A stretch of 64,000 nucleotides of DNA from Octopus vulgaris (taxonomy: Eukaryota), in contig OX597814.1 of assembly GCA_951406725.2 (NCBI GenBank), positions 103,974,001 through 104,038,000 on the forward strand, written 5' to 3'. Below, piece by piece: positions 39,601 to 52,149 of the stretch (the stretch's first letter is position 1; each line of letters starts with the position of its first letter). The translations under genes were made by a program, and so were the position numbers. Below the pieces are notes generated by a model. That model was not told the DNA's origin, did no database searches, and saw only the letters and a program-made list of their open reading frames with translations.

Positions 39601-40654
39601 TAGATTGGCCATTCGGAGGCAGCCAAGAGAAAAATAATTTTCAGAGTAGAGAATTGTCCTCTGCCGATGTGTCGCTGTGTTCACGTAAACGACGAAGAAA
39701 CTCAGATGGCATCCTGTCTCCCAGGTGCTCATCCTGTATCAGCGTCTGGAATTTGCTGTTGGCAGATTGGGTGTTCTGTCGGAGAACTGCAGATTTAACG
39801 GACGCGTAAGTCGCGTCCGGACGTGGATCAGTGATAAGATATTTCACTGAGCGTGCAAGAGGGGCAGGCATCCCAGAGTACAATAGACTTAGTTGCTGTT
39901 GGTGAGGCACCGCATGGGCCGAAAAACAGGCGTCCAACAGGGAGAACCAAAGCGTGACGTCACCAGAGTACGCTGGTAAGTGGGGAAGACTCATTTTCTT
40001 TCTTTACAAAGGAGGGAAAAGAAAAGGACCAAAGAACCGACAAAGTGTTGCTGGAACAGTAACGTGTATGCAAAAAATGAAAAAAAATTTACTTAGAATT
40101 TTTTTCTTTTTTTTTCTTTGTGTACTGTGTGCAACAATGAAAAGAGAAATTTTTTTTTTTAGTCGCTAAACCTGTGTTGTAGTCCACTGAAAAAAAATTT
40201 TTTTTCAAGGTGTCCGAAAATGGCGGGCGAACTGGTAAGTTTCTTTCTCAGCAAGTGAGGAATCCAAACATGGTGGTAGACAGTAACATTGGCTGGAAGT
40301 TGATCGTTGGCTTGCTTGAAGTGTTCTTCTGTAGCTGCATTTGATGTATTTACTGGTATCAAACGTTGACAGTCGACATTGTGAGAGGAATTACTTCAAC
40401 AGGAGATTATTTGAAAGAAAAGAATACCATGTATTTTCCTTGTAAGAAAAATGCATACTCTTCTAGGCACGAGTTCGAGGCAAAGAACCTGAATTCTAAA
40501 GGGTCACTTGAACGAGAGAAGATATGCTGGCGTCAGGCCATTGATTTTCAGTTGAGAATGCAAGCGAAAACTACCATTCTGTTGATCAGGTGAGGCACCT
40601 ACAACGATAAAGCTTTGCGGCTGCCGAAATCCTTTTTCTTGATTGGGGTCACCA
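36620..40654 (-). mobile_element. decayed Ty3/Gypsy LTR retrotransposon internal region (gag-PR-RT-RH-IN), 3' end missing
   Basis: Gag (LPAYSGDVTLWF, 39641-39994), protease (FMVDTGSS), RT (SPWASPLHL, DRYPI, AYHQIP, YINDLL), RNase H (DASDSAVGAVL, FDRELLAI, TDHK), integrase (HPG..C..C, DRG.QF, YHPSSNGMV.RFHR). PR-RT-RH-IN order is Gypsy. Confidence 0.95.
40645..40654 (-). other. primer-binding site (tRNA-Trp type) of the Gypsy element
   Basis: Minus strand TGGTGACCCC upstream of gag, complementary to the 3' end of eukaryotic tRNA-Trp (...GGGGUCACCA). Confidence 0.6.
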
Positions 40655-40656
40655 TT

Positions 40657-40929
40657 TTATAATGGGCCTCAAAGGTTCATGATACCTGCGGAGCATCTCC
40701 TTCTCCCATTACAATTATTTTCTGTAGTCTTAGGATCTGGAACTCGAAAGAAGAAGCTTCCAAGCTCCAATGGAACTGATGCATTACTGCATCACTTGGC
40801 GGAAAACCTATTCAGAGCACGATGGAGATCACCGACTCAGGTTTGAGAGGGGTTTCTTCTGTTCCTTGCTATATTATGTGGCATACAGAGTTACTAATGG
40901 TTTATATAAGAGGAAAAGAGCCTCCAACA
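40657..40929 (-). mobile_element. putative 5' LTR of the Gypsy element
   Basis: Directly 5' of the PBS; the minus strand starts TGTTGG at 40929. There is no second LTR to confirm the boundaries. Confidence 0.3.
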
Positions 40930-41852
40930 TCTGTTGTTGTGCTTCTGCTGTTATGTAATTATTATGATAGTTTGTTGAAACATGTGTATGTTCTATCAGG
41001 CACTAAATACCATATCTGCATGTTAAAATTTGGCTCGTATTCTGTACACTGGCCTATCTCGAAGTTGATGTCTAACTTTGGAAGACACTGGATATTGGCG
41101 TGCAATGTGAAACACAATACTGATCCCGATTTTCGGTTGCATGTTCAACTTCACAGAGTCTTTTGAAGAAGGTTGCCTTTAGCACGAAAGCCTAACGTGG
41201 TGGCTTTGGAGAGGCTGTCATCGTCAGAACCGCAATGACAACATAAAGTGTCGAGCTGTCCAACGCTCGGCCGTGTACTCCTTTCCTAGGTTGTATATAT
41301 CGACCCTCTGGAGTTCCATAATCCAGTGGAAGTTACAACTTTCTCTGTCACGCTTCAGATCAGCAGCAGAACTGAATAGTCATCTGAGAGGTCATGGAAA
41401 GAATGTCAGAAATGATATTGAAAGCAAGTTCAGAAAGAGACGACAATCGTCTTTGATGATGGAGCACTCACCACATATGTATGTGGTGTGTTTTACTTTG
41501 TCAGTGTAGCCCGGTCGAACAAATCAAATCCGGCACTTCTTTTATTCCATCGGTCTCCTTATCGAACCACTATGTTGCAAGGATGTAAGCAAACCAACAA
41601 TGGCCATTAAACAGTAGTAGTGCCTCGCAATGGGGCTGAACCCGGAACCATGAGGTTGGGATGCAGACTTCGTACCCACAACCATTTGGGCACCTATATT
41701 TACTGCTTATAATTTAGACAGATTATATCAATAATTTAGTTTTTTCTGGGTGAGTTAAATATAACAAAAGGCTCAAACTAAAACAAAAGTGACTGCTTAA
41801 AAGCAAATACTCTTAACAAAACTTTCAAAAATGTTTCGTGGCAGCCTCCGGA

Positions 41853-41925
41853 TGCCGAAACCCGGGATTGAACCGGGGACCTTTAGATCTTCAGTCTAAC
41901 GCTCTCCCAACTGAGCTATTTCGGC
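41853..41925 (-). tRNA. tRNA-Phe(GAA)
   Basis: GCCGAAATAGCTCAGTTGGGAGAGCGTTAGACTGAAGATCTAAAGGTCCCCGGTTCAATCCCGGGTTTCGGCA: canonical 73-nt cloverleaf. Pol III TTTTT terminator ~22 nt downstream (41827-41831). Confidence 0.97.
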
Positions 41926-42363
41926 TGCCAAAATTCCATGATTAAAATTAACAATTTGTACTCATTTCAGAAATAATGTCGCTGTACGCGATTATGTAAT
42001 TCAGTGTATCTGTGGATGTCTGTATGCATAAATATGTAGGGACATTTATTTTCTGTCTTTTCAATTGATTTCGTGTTCATCAGGTTGTTTCGATCAGAAA
42101 ATTGCTGCAGCTCCATTTCCCACCATGTCTGCAACAGATCTGTGTTTCTCTTCAAAAAAGCCAGAAATGATCGATATTAATAACACTTGTTGATTGTGAT
42201 ATCGTTATCTCGATATGTTTGATCGGTTTATTTCGATTTGTATTTGTCTTAATTATTATTAGATGGATAAAATAATTAGTTGGTCGTTTAGAATTGACCA
42301 GAATTCCCTGCATTTTTAATGGGTATGATAAATATTTGACCTGATTTAATGAAGTAATGAAGG

Positions 42364-42745
42364 AGTATAGTGGGAGGAGGAGAGACCTGAATGAGAGAAG
42401 CAAAAAGAGAGAGACAAGCGGAGAGGAAGAAAGAAGAGGAGTGCGAGAGAAAAAAATAGATAGACAAGGGAGAAAGAAGGAGAGTGGAAGAATATAGTGG
42501 GAGTAGGAGGAGAGACCTGAATGAGAGAAGCAAAAATAAGAGACAAGCAGAGAGGAAGAAAGAAGAGGAGTGCGAGAGAAAAAAATAGATAGACAAGGGA
42601 GAAAGAAGGAGAGTGGAAGAATATATTGGGAGTAGGAGGAGAGACCTGAATGAGAGAAGCAAAAATAAGAGACAAGCAGAGAGGAAGAAAGAAGGGGAGT
42701 GAGAGCGAAAAAACAGATAGACAAGGGAGAAAGAAGGAGAGAGGA
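42364..42745. repeat. purine-rich ~129-130-bp tandem repeat, ~3 copies
   Basis: agagacctga recurs at 42381, 42511 and 42640. This explains the repetitive minus-strand ORFs. Confidence 0.9.
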
Positions 42746-43189
42746 AGAGTAAGTGGAATAAGAGAGAAAAGAAGAGAACGATGGAAAGAGAGCAAAGAGA
42801 AGATGGCGGAGGAGAAGAGGGGGGTGAGTTATGCAAGGGACATAACTCTTGAATGTGAGTTGCTTTTTTTAACCTAAATATTTTTTATTGTTAAACTAAT
42901 TAAAAAACTGTTTTAAGGTCTGTATTTATGGTTGTTTCGAATATTATTTAATGGGAACAAATTGTAAATAATTGACTGTTCTTTGCAGAACAAACAGTTC
43001 TGCTAACCGGCAAGTTAAATTACCAGACACACCTTGTGTGTGTGTCTGAGCACACATATTTATGTTTGTGTGTGTGAGTATCTCCATGTGTACGTGTGTG
43101 AGTGTATATATGTATGTGTCTATGTATGTGTTTGTACGTGTTCTGTCTGACACGGTTTTCAGAGACAAACATCCACACACCAGTTGTGA

Positions 43190-43590
43190 TGGTGTACCAA
43201 GGCGTCGTCGTCGTTTCAAACTTCCACCTCCCGGGCAGTTGCTGCTTCGATCAACAAATGGACATTAAACGGGAGGATTAAGTCATTGGCTTGCTGTCTT
43301 TGAGAAAGCACAAGCAGACGGCCTGGAAGCCACCCTCATTAAACATTAGCTCAGTGCACAAGACATAGACATCTTGTGTGAGTAACATCGGATTTACTGA
43401 GGTATTTCACGACAAATATAACATTGCAATGGTCAACTCAAAGAGATGCCAACACTGGTCTAAAATGGTAGAAATACCAAACAGCGGATTGGTATCACTA
43501 ATATCAAACCAACCCGACTGTCACAGAACTGTTTAAACAAGAACTATGCAGGAAAGGAAGAAAGCAAACGAAGGGGACCAAAATGTTGTC
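43190..43590 (+). mobile_element. highly decayed RTE-type LINE 3' coding remnant
   Basis: VFEKAQADGLEATLIKH*L resembles the RTE segment preceding LRW.GH. Confidence 0.35.
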
Positions 43591-43594
43591 AAAG

Positions 43595-43924
43595 CTTTTA
43601 TTTGCACCTCTGTTTATTGAGGGTTGGCGAGAGAAATAGCTGCAGCTATTGAGAGCCGTTTGAGAAGGCTCGGGAAAGACTCATGACGGATGATGACTTT
43701 CAGAAGAGCCAGAGTTTAAAATAAAAAATAATGAAATTATTGTGACAAGTTGTGGTGCACCTGAGCACTGTATACAATAATTTCATTATTTTTTATTTTA
43801 AACTCAGGCTCTTCTGAAAGTCCTTGTTGGTCACTAGTCTTTCCCGAGCCTTCCCAAACGGCTCTTAGTAGCCGCAGCTCTCTCTCTCTCGGCGACCCTC
43901 AATAAACAGAGGTGCAAATAAAAG
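43595..43924. repeat. ~150-bp-arm fold-back with a CR1 3' end in the loop
   Basis: 43595-43743 is the reverse complement of 43774-43924. Loop gacaagttgtggtgcacctgagcactgtat is CR1 3' UTR. Confidence 0.85.
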
Positions 43925-43974
43925 TTTAGTCTACACCATAGAGTTTAAAGTATATGTTTGCAAATACAAAAAAT

Positions 43975-45980
43975 ATTTAAAACTCTATGTAGAGGTCAGC
44001 CAACCACCTCAAGCAGGTGACAAAAAAGGCAGTGCTTGAATTTGAACAACGCATTGCAGCTAACCCTGACAGCAAAGTGTTCTGGAAGTATGTGCACTCA
44101 AAGCAGAGACCCCACTCTCCAGTTGGTCCCCTTCGCAATCCCCACACAGGACAGATTACTGGCAATCCCGAAGAATGTGCAGAAATCATTGCTGGATGCT
44201 ATGCCGGCATCTTTACTGTCGAAGACCAAAATGTTCCATCTTCATCACCACTGACATCGGACTCCATATCTACTATACAATTTACACCAGCAATGCTACA
44301 ACGCCACCTTAAGAATAAACGCAACTATGTCTCTCCTGGTCTCGATGGTGTTACATCCCTACTTCTCAAACGCGGTGGGAACTTTCTTCTAAGCCAACTT
44401 TCTCTATTCTTCCAATTCTGTCTTAACAATGGTGTTACTCCAGAACAGTGGAAAACTGCCAGTGTCATACCTCTGTTCAAAAAAGGCAACCGCACATCGC
44501 CTGTCAACTATCGCCCCGTTAGTCTTACTAGCTGCATCGCCAAACTGATGGAATCCTGTATCAGAAAATCCCTCTGGAACTTCTGGAAGTCTCACAGCCT
44601 CATCCAGCCATCACAATTCGGATTTATTCCTAACTCCAGCTGCTGTAATCAACTCATCGAGTTTCTTGAGGACGTTATCCAAATCACTGATCGCGGATAC
44701 TGGGTGGATGTTGTTTACCTGGACTTTGCTAAGGCCTTTAACTCTGTGCCACACAAAAGACTTATGGTGAAGCTTTCTGCGTTGGGTGTAAGAGACGAAC
44801 TCTATAACTGGTTGAAGTCCTTTATTTTCGGCCGAAAAGAGGTTGTCACAGTTCTAGGATAGCACTCTTCACCCTATGAGATGACATCTGGTGTACCACA
44901 GGGATCTGTTCCTGGCCCCCTTTTATTTGTTGCAAATGTTAATGACATAGATGCCAACTTAAAGAATGCCACAGTACTGAAATATGCAGACAACATCAAG
45001 CTGTACCTCGAAATAAAGAGGTCAGATCCTGTACACTATAGATCTCTATTGCAAGCAGACCTGGACACAATGCAGCTGTGGATCATGGACTGGCAACTCA
45101 AGCTGGCTGTGGACAAATGTACCGCCATGCATTTTGGGAGGAGAAACCCAGCATCCACCCACTCCCTCCACAACACTAGTCTCAAAAAGTCTTCATGTGA
45201 ACGTGACCTGGGTGTTATTATCGACAGTGATTTGCGTTGGACAAAACACATCGCTAAAATTGTCAAGAAGGCTGAGGGTGTCTTGGCATCACTCACCAAA
45301 TCCTTTGTGAGCCGCTCTCCGACTATCTATCTGCGGCTTTATATAGCTATGGTAAGACCTCACCTGGAATTTGCAGCACCGGTCTGGAACCCCTATCTTG
45401 CCCAGGATATCAATCATCTGGAAGCTGTTCAGCGACATGCAACCAAAAGAATACCCTCCATCAGGCATTTGCCATATCCTGAACACCTTACTTCCCTGGG
45501 CATGGACACATTGAAACTCCGACGTCTGGCAGCTGACTTGGCAGACACACATAAAATTATCAACCATCGTACAAACAATAACTCTGAGCACCTTTTCAAA
45601 CTCCACCCATCTAACACCCGTGGACATATTTACAAAGTCAGAAAACAGCACAGCTCCCATGACTTCAGGAAACATTTTTTCATGCTGAGAGTTGCTGAAG
45701 CATGGAACAAACTGCCGGCATCAGTTGTTAGTTGTTGGAGCACTGCATCCTTCAAAACTTCCATGCTTTCTGAGATTCACCAACACTACACCTGATTTTC
45801 TCAAAACTTCCATGCTTTCTGAGATTTGCCAACACTACACCTGATTTTTTCCCCTCCATACATACACAAGCATGTATCTGACTCATGCATTGTTTGCTTT
45901 CCAGACATTTGTACTATACTCTGACAAGTTGTGGTGCACCTGAGTACTGTATACCATAATTTCATTATTATTATTATTAA
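43975..45980 (+). mobile_element. 5'-truncated CR1-type LINE, ORF2 with a single in-frame stop
   Basis: ORFs 44017-44862 and 44881-45795 share a frame, separated by TAG where the 5940 copy has CAG. Catalytic YADD reads YADN. 3' UTR and (att)n tail present. Confidence 0.95.
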
Positions 45981-46024
45981 ATATTCTTAAATGCCATAAA
46001 ATTCAAGGCATTGAGTTTATTATA

Positions 46025-46062
<38 letters not shown>

Positions 46063-46197
46063 GAAAAAGTAAGTTCAAAAAGAACAATTCAAACTTTATG
46101 AGAGGTCCAGAAAGAGAGAAAAAAATATTTCTAATAAAGATTCATCATATTCATAAAAATCAGCCAGAGCAAGTAATAAGAATATGAAAATAATAGC

Positions 46198-46368
46198 TGA
46201 AAATTTTCCGTTATAGGTATAAATATACCATAAACAAGTATAAAAAATGGAGAAGAAAGACATTGAATCAAAATTTTTTATTAAATCTAATTTTGTTTCA
46301 ACATCTTTTTTCTCCAATTTTTTTATACTTGTTTACAGTATATTTATACCTATAACGAAAGTTGTCAA
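46198..46368. repeat. ~75-bp-arm AT-rich inverted repeat between (TA)n and (CA)n tracts
   Basis: cgttataggtataaatata..aaacaagtataaaaaa pairs with ttttttatacttgttta..tatatttatacctataacg. Confidence 0.75.
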
Positions 46369-46449
<81 letters not shown>

Positions 46450-46510
46450 TAATCCAAACAAGAAAGCACAAAAAAACACAACAACGCGAGGACGTGGAAC
46501 AGATGCGAGT

Positions 46511-48003
46511 TCCTCTATTCTGATGACCTTGCTCTAATTGTTGAGTCACTATCAGAACTAGAGGAAAAGTTTCAAGTGTAGAAACAAGGATTAGAATCGA
46601 AGGGCCTTAGAGTCAACCTAGCTAAAACCAAAGTCCTAATAAGTAGGAAGGCAGGCAAACCACAAATCCCTTCAGGTAGATGGCCCTGCTTGATCTGTAG
46701 TAAAGGCGTAGGTAAAAACTGTATAAGATGTACCCAGTGTAAGTTATGGACACATAAGAGTTGCAGTAATATCAAAGGGAGGCTAATGGGGAAGATAGTT
46801 TTTGTATGTGGCAGATGCTCGGGAGCAATAAACACTGAAAATACGCTGAGACCAGCTTCCGCCTCATTCCAGGGGGAAAAACTAGAAGTAGTTGATAGCT
46901 TCCGTTACCAAGGGGACCAAGTCAGTAGTGGGGGTGGATGCGTTGAAAGTGTAGCTGCTAGAATAAGAATAGCTTGGGCAAAGTTCAGAGAGCTCTTACC
47001 TCTGCTGGTGACAAAGGGCCCCTCGCTCAGAGTATGACGCATGTGTACGAACAGCCATGGTACATAGCAGTGAAACATGGGCTGTGACTGCTGAGGACCA
47101 TGCATAAGCTTGCAAGGAATGAAGCCAGTATGATCCAATGTCAGTGTGCATACTCGACAGAGAAATGTTGGACCTAAGAAACATCAGATGTGGTGTACAA
47201 GAGAGATGACTGCACCGGTATGGTCATGTGGCGAGAATGGATGAGGATAGCTGTGTGAAAAAGTGCCACACTCTAGCGGTTGAGGGAAACTGTGGAAGGG
47301 GTAGACCCAGGAAGACATGGGACGAGGTGGTGAAGCATGACCTTCGTACGTTGAGCCTCACAGAGGCTATGACAAAGGACCGAGACCTCTGGAGATATGC
47401 TGTGACTTCGAAGACTCAACAAATGAAGTTAGTTCATGGCTTGCAGGACAGCCTGCTGTACCTGAGGAGACCTATTGTGTCAAGATCATCAACATCAAAC
47501 TAAAAATCGTATGGTTATTGTAGTTGTGATACCCGTGCTGGTGACACGTAGGGCCTCACAGAGGAAATGAAGTGAGTTCATGGCTTGCAGGACTGCCTGC
47601 TGTGCTAACCTTGGATCGTAGAGTGACCTACTGTTCTTGAGGAGAGCTATTGAGTCAAGTACATTATCACCAACATCAAAATAAAAATCAAATGGAAATT
47701 GTAGTTAAGATACCCGTGCCGGTGACATGTTAAAAGCACCGTCCAAACGTGGCAGTTGCCAGCGCTGCCTGACTGGCGTCTGTGTCGGTGACACGTAAAA
47801 GCACCAACTGATCATGGCCATTTGCCAGCCTCACCTGGCACCTGTGCCGGTGGCACGTAAAAAGCGTTAGTAAGGGCATCCAGCTGTAGAAACACTGCCA
47901 GATCAGACTGGAGCCTGGTGCAGCCTCCTGGCTTCCAAGACCCCAGTCGAACCGTCCAACCCATGCTAGCATGGAAAACAGACGTTAAACGATGATGATG
48001 ATG
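46511..48003 (+). mobile_element. 5'-truncated RTE LINE (PHD-finger family) with repetitive 3' UTR and (gat)n tail
   Basis: YSDDL, LRVNLAKTKV, PHD-like Cys/His cluster, RIRIAWAKFREL, GRGRPRKTW, DRDLWR; 3' end ccaacccatgctagcatggaaaacagacgttaaacgatgatg. Confidence 0.92.
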
Positions 48004-48089
48004 AAATATGTATATATATATATATATATATATGCATATGTATGTGAGTGTGTGTGTGTGCTTTGTGCCAGCAAGACTTGAAAAAACAT

Positions 48090-48250
48090 AGAAAAAAGGG
48101 AAAGGGGTACAATGAACTTGCCGTGAGGAGTGGAATATCCAACGTTTTGGATTCAATCATTTTCTCTATCTCCTGACAAAGGATTGAATCCGAAATGTGG
48201 GATATTCAACTCCTCATGGCAAATCCGCTGTACCCTCTTCACTTTTTTCT
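48090..48250. repeat. inverted repeat containing a degenerate hammerhead core
   Basis: Plus arm tatctcCTGACAAaggattgaatccGAAAtgtgggata; the left arm's reverse complement gives gattgaatccaaaacgttggatattcc. Confidence 0.65.
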
Positions 48251-48271
48251 CACCATATATATGTGTGTGTG

Positions 48272-48315
<44 letters not shown>

Positions 48316-49902
48316 ATCATGGTGCTGTTTTTCTCACAGGTGGTACCCAACTGATCCTTACTATACTGTGTAGTCAACAAAATCAAAAACATACAATGCA
48401 CATGCGCGAAATTTAAAATATAGAATAACGACAATTTACCCATAGCACCTGTACATACATACATATATATATATTTACAAGATAAATTCTAATGCCAGAT
48501 ACGCCGAAACAAAAAAATTGCCGATAACCATTAAATTTATGCGTCTCGAAACAAACCGATAGAAATCTCTATCTTGTAAATTATGTATAAATTTTACCTT
48601 TAAAGGCTTTTTTTGATATGCTGGCCATTGATAAAATTTTTTTCCCGAAAAAAATTTTATCCAATATCAATTATATATATATATTTATATATATTTACTG
48701 GCACCTATGCCGGTGGCATGTGTAAAAAGATTCGAGTGAGGTCATTGCCAGTACTGCCTGACTGGCCCCCATGCCGGTGGCATGTAAAAAGCACCCACTA
48801 CACTCTCGGAGTGGTTGGTATTAGGAAGGGCATCAAGCTGTAGAAATTCTGCCAGATCAAGACTGGAGCCTGGTGCAGCCATCTGGTTCGCCAGCCCTCA
48901 GTCAAAATTGTCCAACCCATGCTAGCATGGAAAGCTGACCTTAAATGATGATGATGATATATATATATACACACACACATTCAAAGTCCACCAAGGTTGA
49001 CTTTGCCTTTAATCCATTTGGGGTTGATAAAGTGAAAGTACCAGTTGAGCACTACGGTTGATGTAATCATCTTACCCACACTCATTAAAACTTACTGGCT
49101 TTGAGCCAAAATTTGAAACCTGTTGTTGTTATTACTATTATTATTATCATCATCAAAATTATTGCCATGTCACTAAAATCTGGAAATTTTAATTCATTGG
49201 TGCCATGACCAAATCTTGACAAATAAATTCTTGACAACAAATAGTTCAAAATGCCAGAAATAGAAATGGATTCTAATATTTAGTAATGCATCTATCTTCA
49301 AAGGAACAAATTCTTTGTTAATTTTCAATGAATTCAATTGAAGCCTGTTTCTGAAGATCAGGTGTTCTAATCAAAGATAAGTCTAATACAATTTTAGCTT
49401 TCATTTGCTTACTGATCAAATAATTAAAAATTCCATGTTACTATTAATACATTGATACCAACAAGAATGGCTTTCAACTTTCAGAAAAAAATATTTCCTT
49501 CGTTATTTCATTATTAAAATATATAAAATTTAATTTAAAAAATCCTATTCGTGTCAAAATAAAAACACTCCTCACTACGTTTCTGTGTTTCAATACTGGG
49601 TTTTGTCTTGTTATCCTTGAAAATGGTTTTTAATTACTTTACCAAATAATGAAAAAATTACTTAGAACTGATTAAAACCTTCTCCATAATGTGTCACTTG
49701 GTTAATTCAAAGCAACAATTGTCTTTTTCTGTCTTCTTTTATTAAGAATTCAATCTATAAAACTATCAACTTTAAAACTGTATATAAAATAATTTCAAAT
49801 TAAATGGTGGCGCTCTTTCTAACGAACTTTCTTCATTCATCCATCAAATTTCTTTCTAATTATTAAAACATTTCTTACTATTACCTATTCATCTACTTTT
49901 CT

Positions 49903-49933
<31 letters not shown>

Positions 49934-49938
49934 GCCTA

Positions 49939-49990
<52 letters not shown>

Positions 49991-50172
49991 AATACATACA
50001 TACATATATACATACATTTATTCTGTAATAACAAATTAATAAATAAAACATGTATATATACATGTAGATGTAGGTATGTACATATATGTATGTATATATG
50101 CATATGTTTTATTTATTAATTTGTTATTACACGACAGAACGCATGCATCCATTTCTAAGTAAGTTTGTTCTT

Positions 50173-50229
<57 letters not shown>

Positions 50230-50756
50230 ATGTATGTATGTATGTATGTGAGTGTATGTATGTGCATGTATGCATCTATGTATTGTTCTTTTTGTCTTTC
50301 TTTCTTTCCAAAATCTTTTTGCTTTTTTTTCAAAGAGTTTCCCCTTAATTTCTCCCTTAATTAATTTCTCAATATTTACTTGTTCCCTTTTTTTACTCCT
50401 ACAAACATTTTTCTCATTCTTTTCTATTCTCCACCCCCACCCCACGTTTAACATATATTTTCTTCTCTCTTTTCAGTCTTATTTACTCAACCCCTTTGCT
50501 CCCCGCCTCATTTCCACCCCTCCCCCACTTTCATCCTCCTTTCTTCCTTTTCTTTTCCCTGCCATCAAATATGTCTATACAACTCAATCTCTTCCTTCCT
50601 CATTTCAAATATCATTGTATGTATACAACACACATACACACACAAGCATATCTACTCCACATCTATGCTTGGAACACATGTGCACAATTTGCTCACACTC
50701 AATAATATAAAAGTTATCTCTTGTTGATATATAGGTTATTACTCATGTTTTATATT

Positions 50757-51243
50757 GACGAGGCTGAGTCAAAATGTAATGCCATTTTGTTTAGGACAGG
50801 TATAATTACCAACACAGGAACATGTATCATATATCAAAATGAAGCTGGTCCTCTGTGGATCACATCTCTACTTCTTAACATAGTCACCGTTTCTCTCAAA
50901 AGCAATGTTCCACCTTTGAATGAGAGCATGTATCTCTGCCCCGTAAATTTCTGTTGACTGTTCTTTGAGCCACTTCTTCACTGCAGTTTTCACTTCCTTG
51001 TCACTGGAATAATTTAACCCCTTCAGACTATCATCTCTTCGGCGCCATGAAAGAGGGTTTGAGAGGCAAACATTATTCCAGTGATAAGGAAGTGAAAACT
51101 GTAGTGAAGAAGTGACTCGAAGATCAGTCAACAGAATTTTATGGGGCAGAGATACATGCTCTCATTCAAAGGTGGAACATTGCTTTTTGAGAGAAACAGT
51201 GACTATGTTAAGAAGTAGGGATGTGATCCACAGAGGACCAGGT
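50757..51243. mobile_element. fold-back mariner remnant (inverted duplication of the transposase 3' end)
   Basis: PSDYHLFGAMKEGLRGKHYSSDKEVKT...FY..EIHALIQRWNIAFERNGDYVKK* is a mariner D34D C-terminus. Arms are 50845-51015 and ~51072-51241, with a TIR-like acgaggctgagtcaaaatgtaatgcc at 50758. Confidence 0.88.
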
Positions 51244-52149
51244 CACTTGCTATGCAATTACATCTCCATAATATATATATATATAAAGCACCATCTGAAA
51301 GTGGCCGATGCCAGTGCCCCCTGATTGGCTCATGCACCGATGGCACTTAAAAGCTCTATCTGAACACAATCGATGCCAGGCCTGTCTGACTGACTCCTGT
51401 GCCAGTGGCACATAAAAAGCACCCACTACACTCCCAGAGTGGTTGGAAAGGCATCCAGCTATAGAAATAATGCCAGATCACATTGGAGCCTGGTGCAGCC
51501 GCTGGCTTTCCAGACCTCAGTCAAACCGTCCAACACATGCCAGCATGGAAAACGAATGATGATGATGATGATATATACACACATGTTATTCTGAATATAG
51601 CTTTAGTCAAGATATATATAAAATAACAATAGACAGTGATTTGTTGAACTGCTGTTTATTGCATGTCAAACATTGACAAATGTGGATAAGAGCCATCCAA
51701 GCCTAAAGCTGAGGTCTTGTTATCCACCTCACTGGAAGTGCCTCTTCTTTGTGGACTAGTTTAGTAACTAGTCTACAGGGAATCCACAGTTTGTCTTTTA
51801 CAAGCTCATGGACAATGCCCTACAAGTGTACATATGTATGCATGCATGTATGTATGTATGCATGTATGTATGCATCTTTATAACAACACAACTATGCAGT
51901 GACCTGCTCTCTATGTGTTTTCTTGCTCATTTTACCATTCTTAAAAAAGATAATTTATAAATATGATAAATTATGATAAACAGTTTATTTCATTTGTTCC
52001 TACGTCTGTTTCATCAGTGATAACATGTGGCATTCTAATATTAACAGTAGCAGTCATACTGCATCTATTTGTACATAGAAGATATCATTGCTACCAGCTG
52101 TCTGTTGTTGGTCATTGTTGACTGAACTGTTTGGAGGTCATCTCTGGCA

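Noticed and set aside
40980-41460. Possible MULE transposase remnant (..KHNTDPDFRLHV..)
   Set aside because: Only one short suggestive motif; cannot be supported without a profile search.
42152-42836. Three overlapping 150-190 aa hydrophobic ORFs
   Set aside because: Stop-free because they read a pyrimidine-rich 129-bp tandem repeat; open in all three frames with no domain signal.
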